DNA of 63,482 nt, the filler included, from Octopus bimaculoides (taxonomy: Eukaryota): the NCBI RefSeq assembly GCF_001194135.2. It is 8 parts of 7 records of this genome, joined end to end, with 100 filler letters (N's around TTAATTAATTAA, not from the genome) between each part and the next. Parts side by side here need not be neighbours in the genome. Positions count along the whole stretch, not along the records: positions 52,858 to 63,482 come from NC_069006.1; 7 more parts are not named here. One strand, written 5' to 3'. The position numbers and the translations under genes are program-made. This document shows positions 61,437 to 63,482 of this stretch, piece after piece. Under the pieces are notes generated by a model. The model saw only the letters and a program-made list of their open reading frames with translations. It was not told the DNA's origin and did no database searches. Numbering within the stretch: position 1 is the first letter of the stretch; each line of letters opens with the position of its first letter.

Positions 61437-61945
61437 CTAGAATTCCATAGATTTGTATTGCATTTGATTTTTTCCCTCGATTAAAAACCGAATCCAGACA
61501 GAGAGGGGACACGAATGGTTTATGTCTTAGAACTAGAAACAGTCTTAACAGTTGATAAGAATTGGTATAAAAATGCTAATATGTCAAGTACTTTCCATGG
61601 ATAACACGTACTTTAAATGACCGTTATGTATCGGTCTTAAAAGGAATATGTCTTTAAGTTCGTTATTCTTCCTCCCACCACTCTCTCTCTCTCTCCATAT
61701 ATATATATATATATATACAACGCTCTTATTCTCATACACGCATTTATATTGTCATTCATTTACACACACACACATAAACACACTCATACACACAGGTATA
61801 TGATCTTTATATTTTGCACGTTTTGCTTTTGTTAAGAAGGCCTTTTGTTGCTAGCCAGTGTATATATACATACACACACACATATATATATGTATTAATG
61901 TGCATATCTATATACATACATGCATGTATATATATGTACGTATAA

Positions 61946-61976
<31 letters not shown>

Positions 61977-62954
61977 NNNNNNNNNNNNNNNNNNNNNNNN
62001 NNNNNNNNNNNNNNNNNNNNNNNNNNNNNNNNNNNNNNNNNNNNNNNNNNNNNNNNNNNNNNNNNNNNNNNNNNNNNNNNNNNNNNNNNNNNNNNNNNNN
62101 NNNNNNNNNNNNNNNNNNNNNNNNNNNNNNNNNNNNNNNNNNNNNNNNNNNNNNNNNNNNNNNNNNNNNNNNNNNNNNNNNNNNNNNNNNNNNNNNNNNN
62201 NNNNNNNNNNNNNNNNNNNNNNNNNNNNNNNNNNNNNNNNNNNNNNNNNNNNNNNNNNNNNNNNNNNNNNNNNNNNNNNNNNNNNNNNNNNNNNNNNNNN
62301 NNNNNNNNNNNNNNNNNNNNNNNNNNNNNNNNNNNNNNNNNNNNNNNNNNNNNNNNNNNNNNNNNNNNNNNNNNNNNNNNNNNNNNNNNNNNNNNNNNNN
62401 NNNNNNNNNNNNNNNNNNNNNNNNNNNNNNNNNNNNNNNNNNNNNNNNNNNNNNNNNNNNNNNNNNNNNNNNNNNNNNNNNNNNNNNNNNNNNNNNNNNN
62501 NNNNNNNNNNNNNNNNNNNNNNNNNNNNNNNNNNNNNNNNNNNNNNNNNNNNNNNNNNNNNNNNNNNNNNNNNNNNNNNNNNNNNNNNNNNNNNNNNNNN
62601 NNNNNNNNNNNNNNNNNNNNNNNNNNNNNNNNNNNNNNNNNNNNNNNNNNNNNNNNNNNNNNNNNNNNNNNNNNNNNNNNNNNNNNNNNNNNNNNNNNNN
62701 NNNNNNNNNNNNNNNNNNNNNNNNNNNNNNNNNNNNNNNNNNNTTTTTTTTTTTTTTTTTTTTTTTTTTGCAAACATTTCCGTCGCCGACAATCAGGCGC
62801 CATGCTGTTTAGAATGTATAGCCATCTGACCGGAATCACGTTTCTTCATAAAATATCAGCTCCTTCATACAGCACTGAACAACTTTGACCTCATAAACCA
62901 CAGAGAAGTAGGGGTGACAGACTTAGCGTCATTATTACAGCATTATCGAATTCT

Positions 62955-62986
<32 letters not shown>

Positions 62987-63288
62987 ACTTCAATTCGTCA
63001 TCGTTTCGGACCGATAAATTAAATATCTTAATGTCTCTGAATCAGGAAATCAGTAAAAGAAACGACGTGGTATCTGCTGGCTGGTTCCCAGGACGACACA
63101 GAGAGGAACGGTGTCTGTAACGGAGTGGTGGAAGGGCAGGCTGAGAGGGTTAACCTGTTCGTCATTAGTACTATAATCGAACACTGCACTAAGTGGGATA
63201 TATATGTGTGTGTGTGTGTGTGTGCGTGAGTAAATGTATGTGTGTATGTGCTTGCATGTGTGTATGAATATGTAAGTATATGTGCGAA

Positions 63289-63322
<34 letters not shown>

Positions 63323-63482
63323 ACAAGAATTATAGATAGTTAGACATGCACATGCATATATTCAGATATATATGCATAGACACACACACGCACACAAGCA
63401 AACACACACAGATACACACACACAGACACACGCACACACACACACAAACGTACGCACACATACACACACATATATATATAGA

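Noticed and set aside
9430-62888. Long ORFs (200-380 aa) in the ORF track
   Set aside because: They consist of N runs and microsatellite translations (poly-X, YI, CV, LLL).
62744-62940. Processed retrocopy ending in poly(A) on the minus strand
   Set aside because: The T-run borders a gap; there is no AATAAA, ORF or TSD.

Overview
AT-rich, microsatellite-dense eukaryotic DNA from a gapped draft assembly. The SINE repertoire and the TTAATTAATTAA linkers inside N-gaps suggest an octopod cephalopod, probably Octopus bimaculoides (inference). I found no convincing host protein-coding exon; nearly all long ORFs in the track are microsatellite or N-run artefacts. The window is a transposon graveyard. 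It holds three abundant tRNA-headed SINE families (my labels A, B, C) with dimers, chimeras and a head-to-tail cluster. It also holds R4/Dong-clade LINE pieces bordered by (TAA)n, RTE pieces (one with twin-priming inversion geometry), an L1/Tx1 RT fragment, internally deleted mariner and maT-like elements, a Tigger N-terminus split by a SINE, and several MITEs. The most notable observations: (i) a 562-bp MITE with an exact 8-bp TSD and a central (CCCTAA)/(TTAGGG) telomeric hairpin, present twice with different repeat numbers; (ii) hammerhead-ribozyme-like motifs of the Penelope type, one downstream of a Pol III B-box; (iii) nested (TAA)n-targeted Dong insertions; (iv) a 98-bp, 66% GC structured insert inside a SINE; (v) a local CpG-decay domain at about 41-45.5 kb that may mark a methylated gene body.
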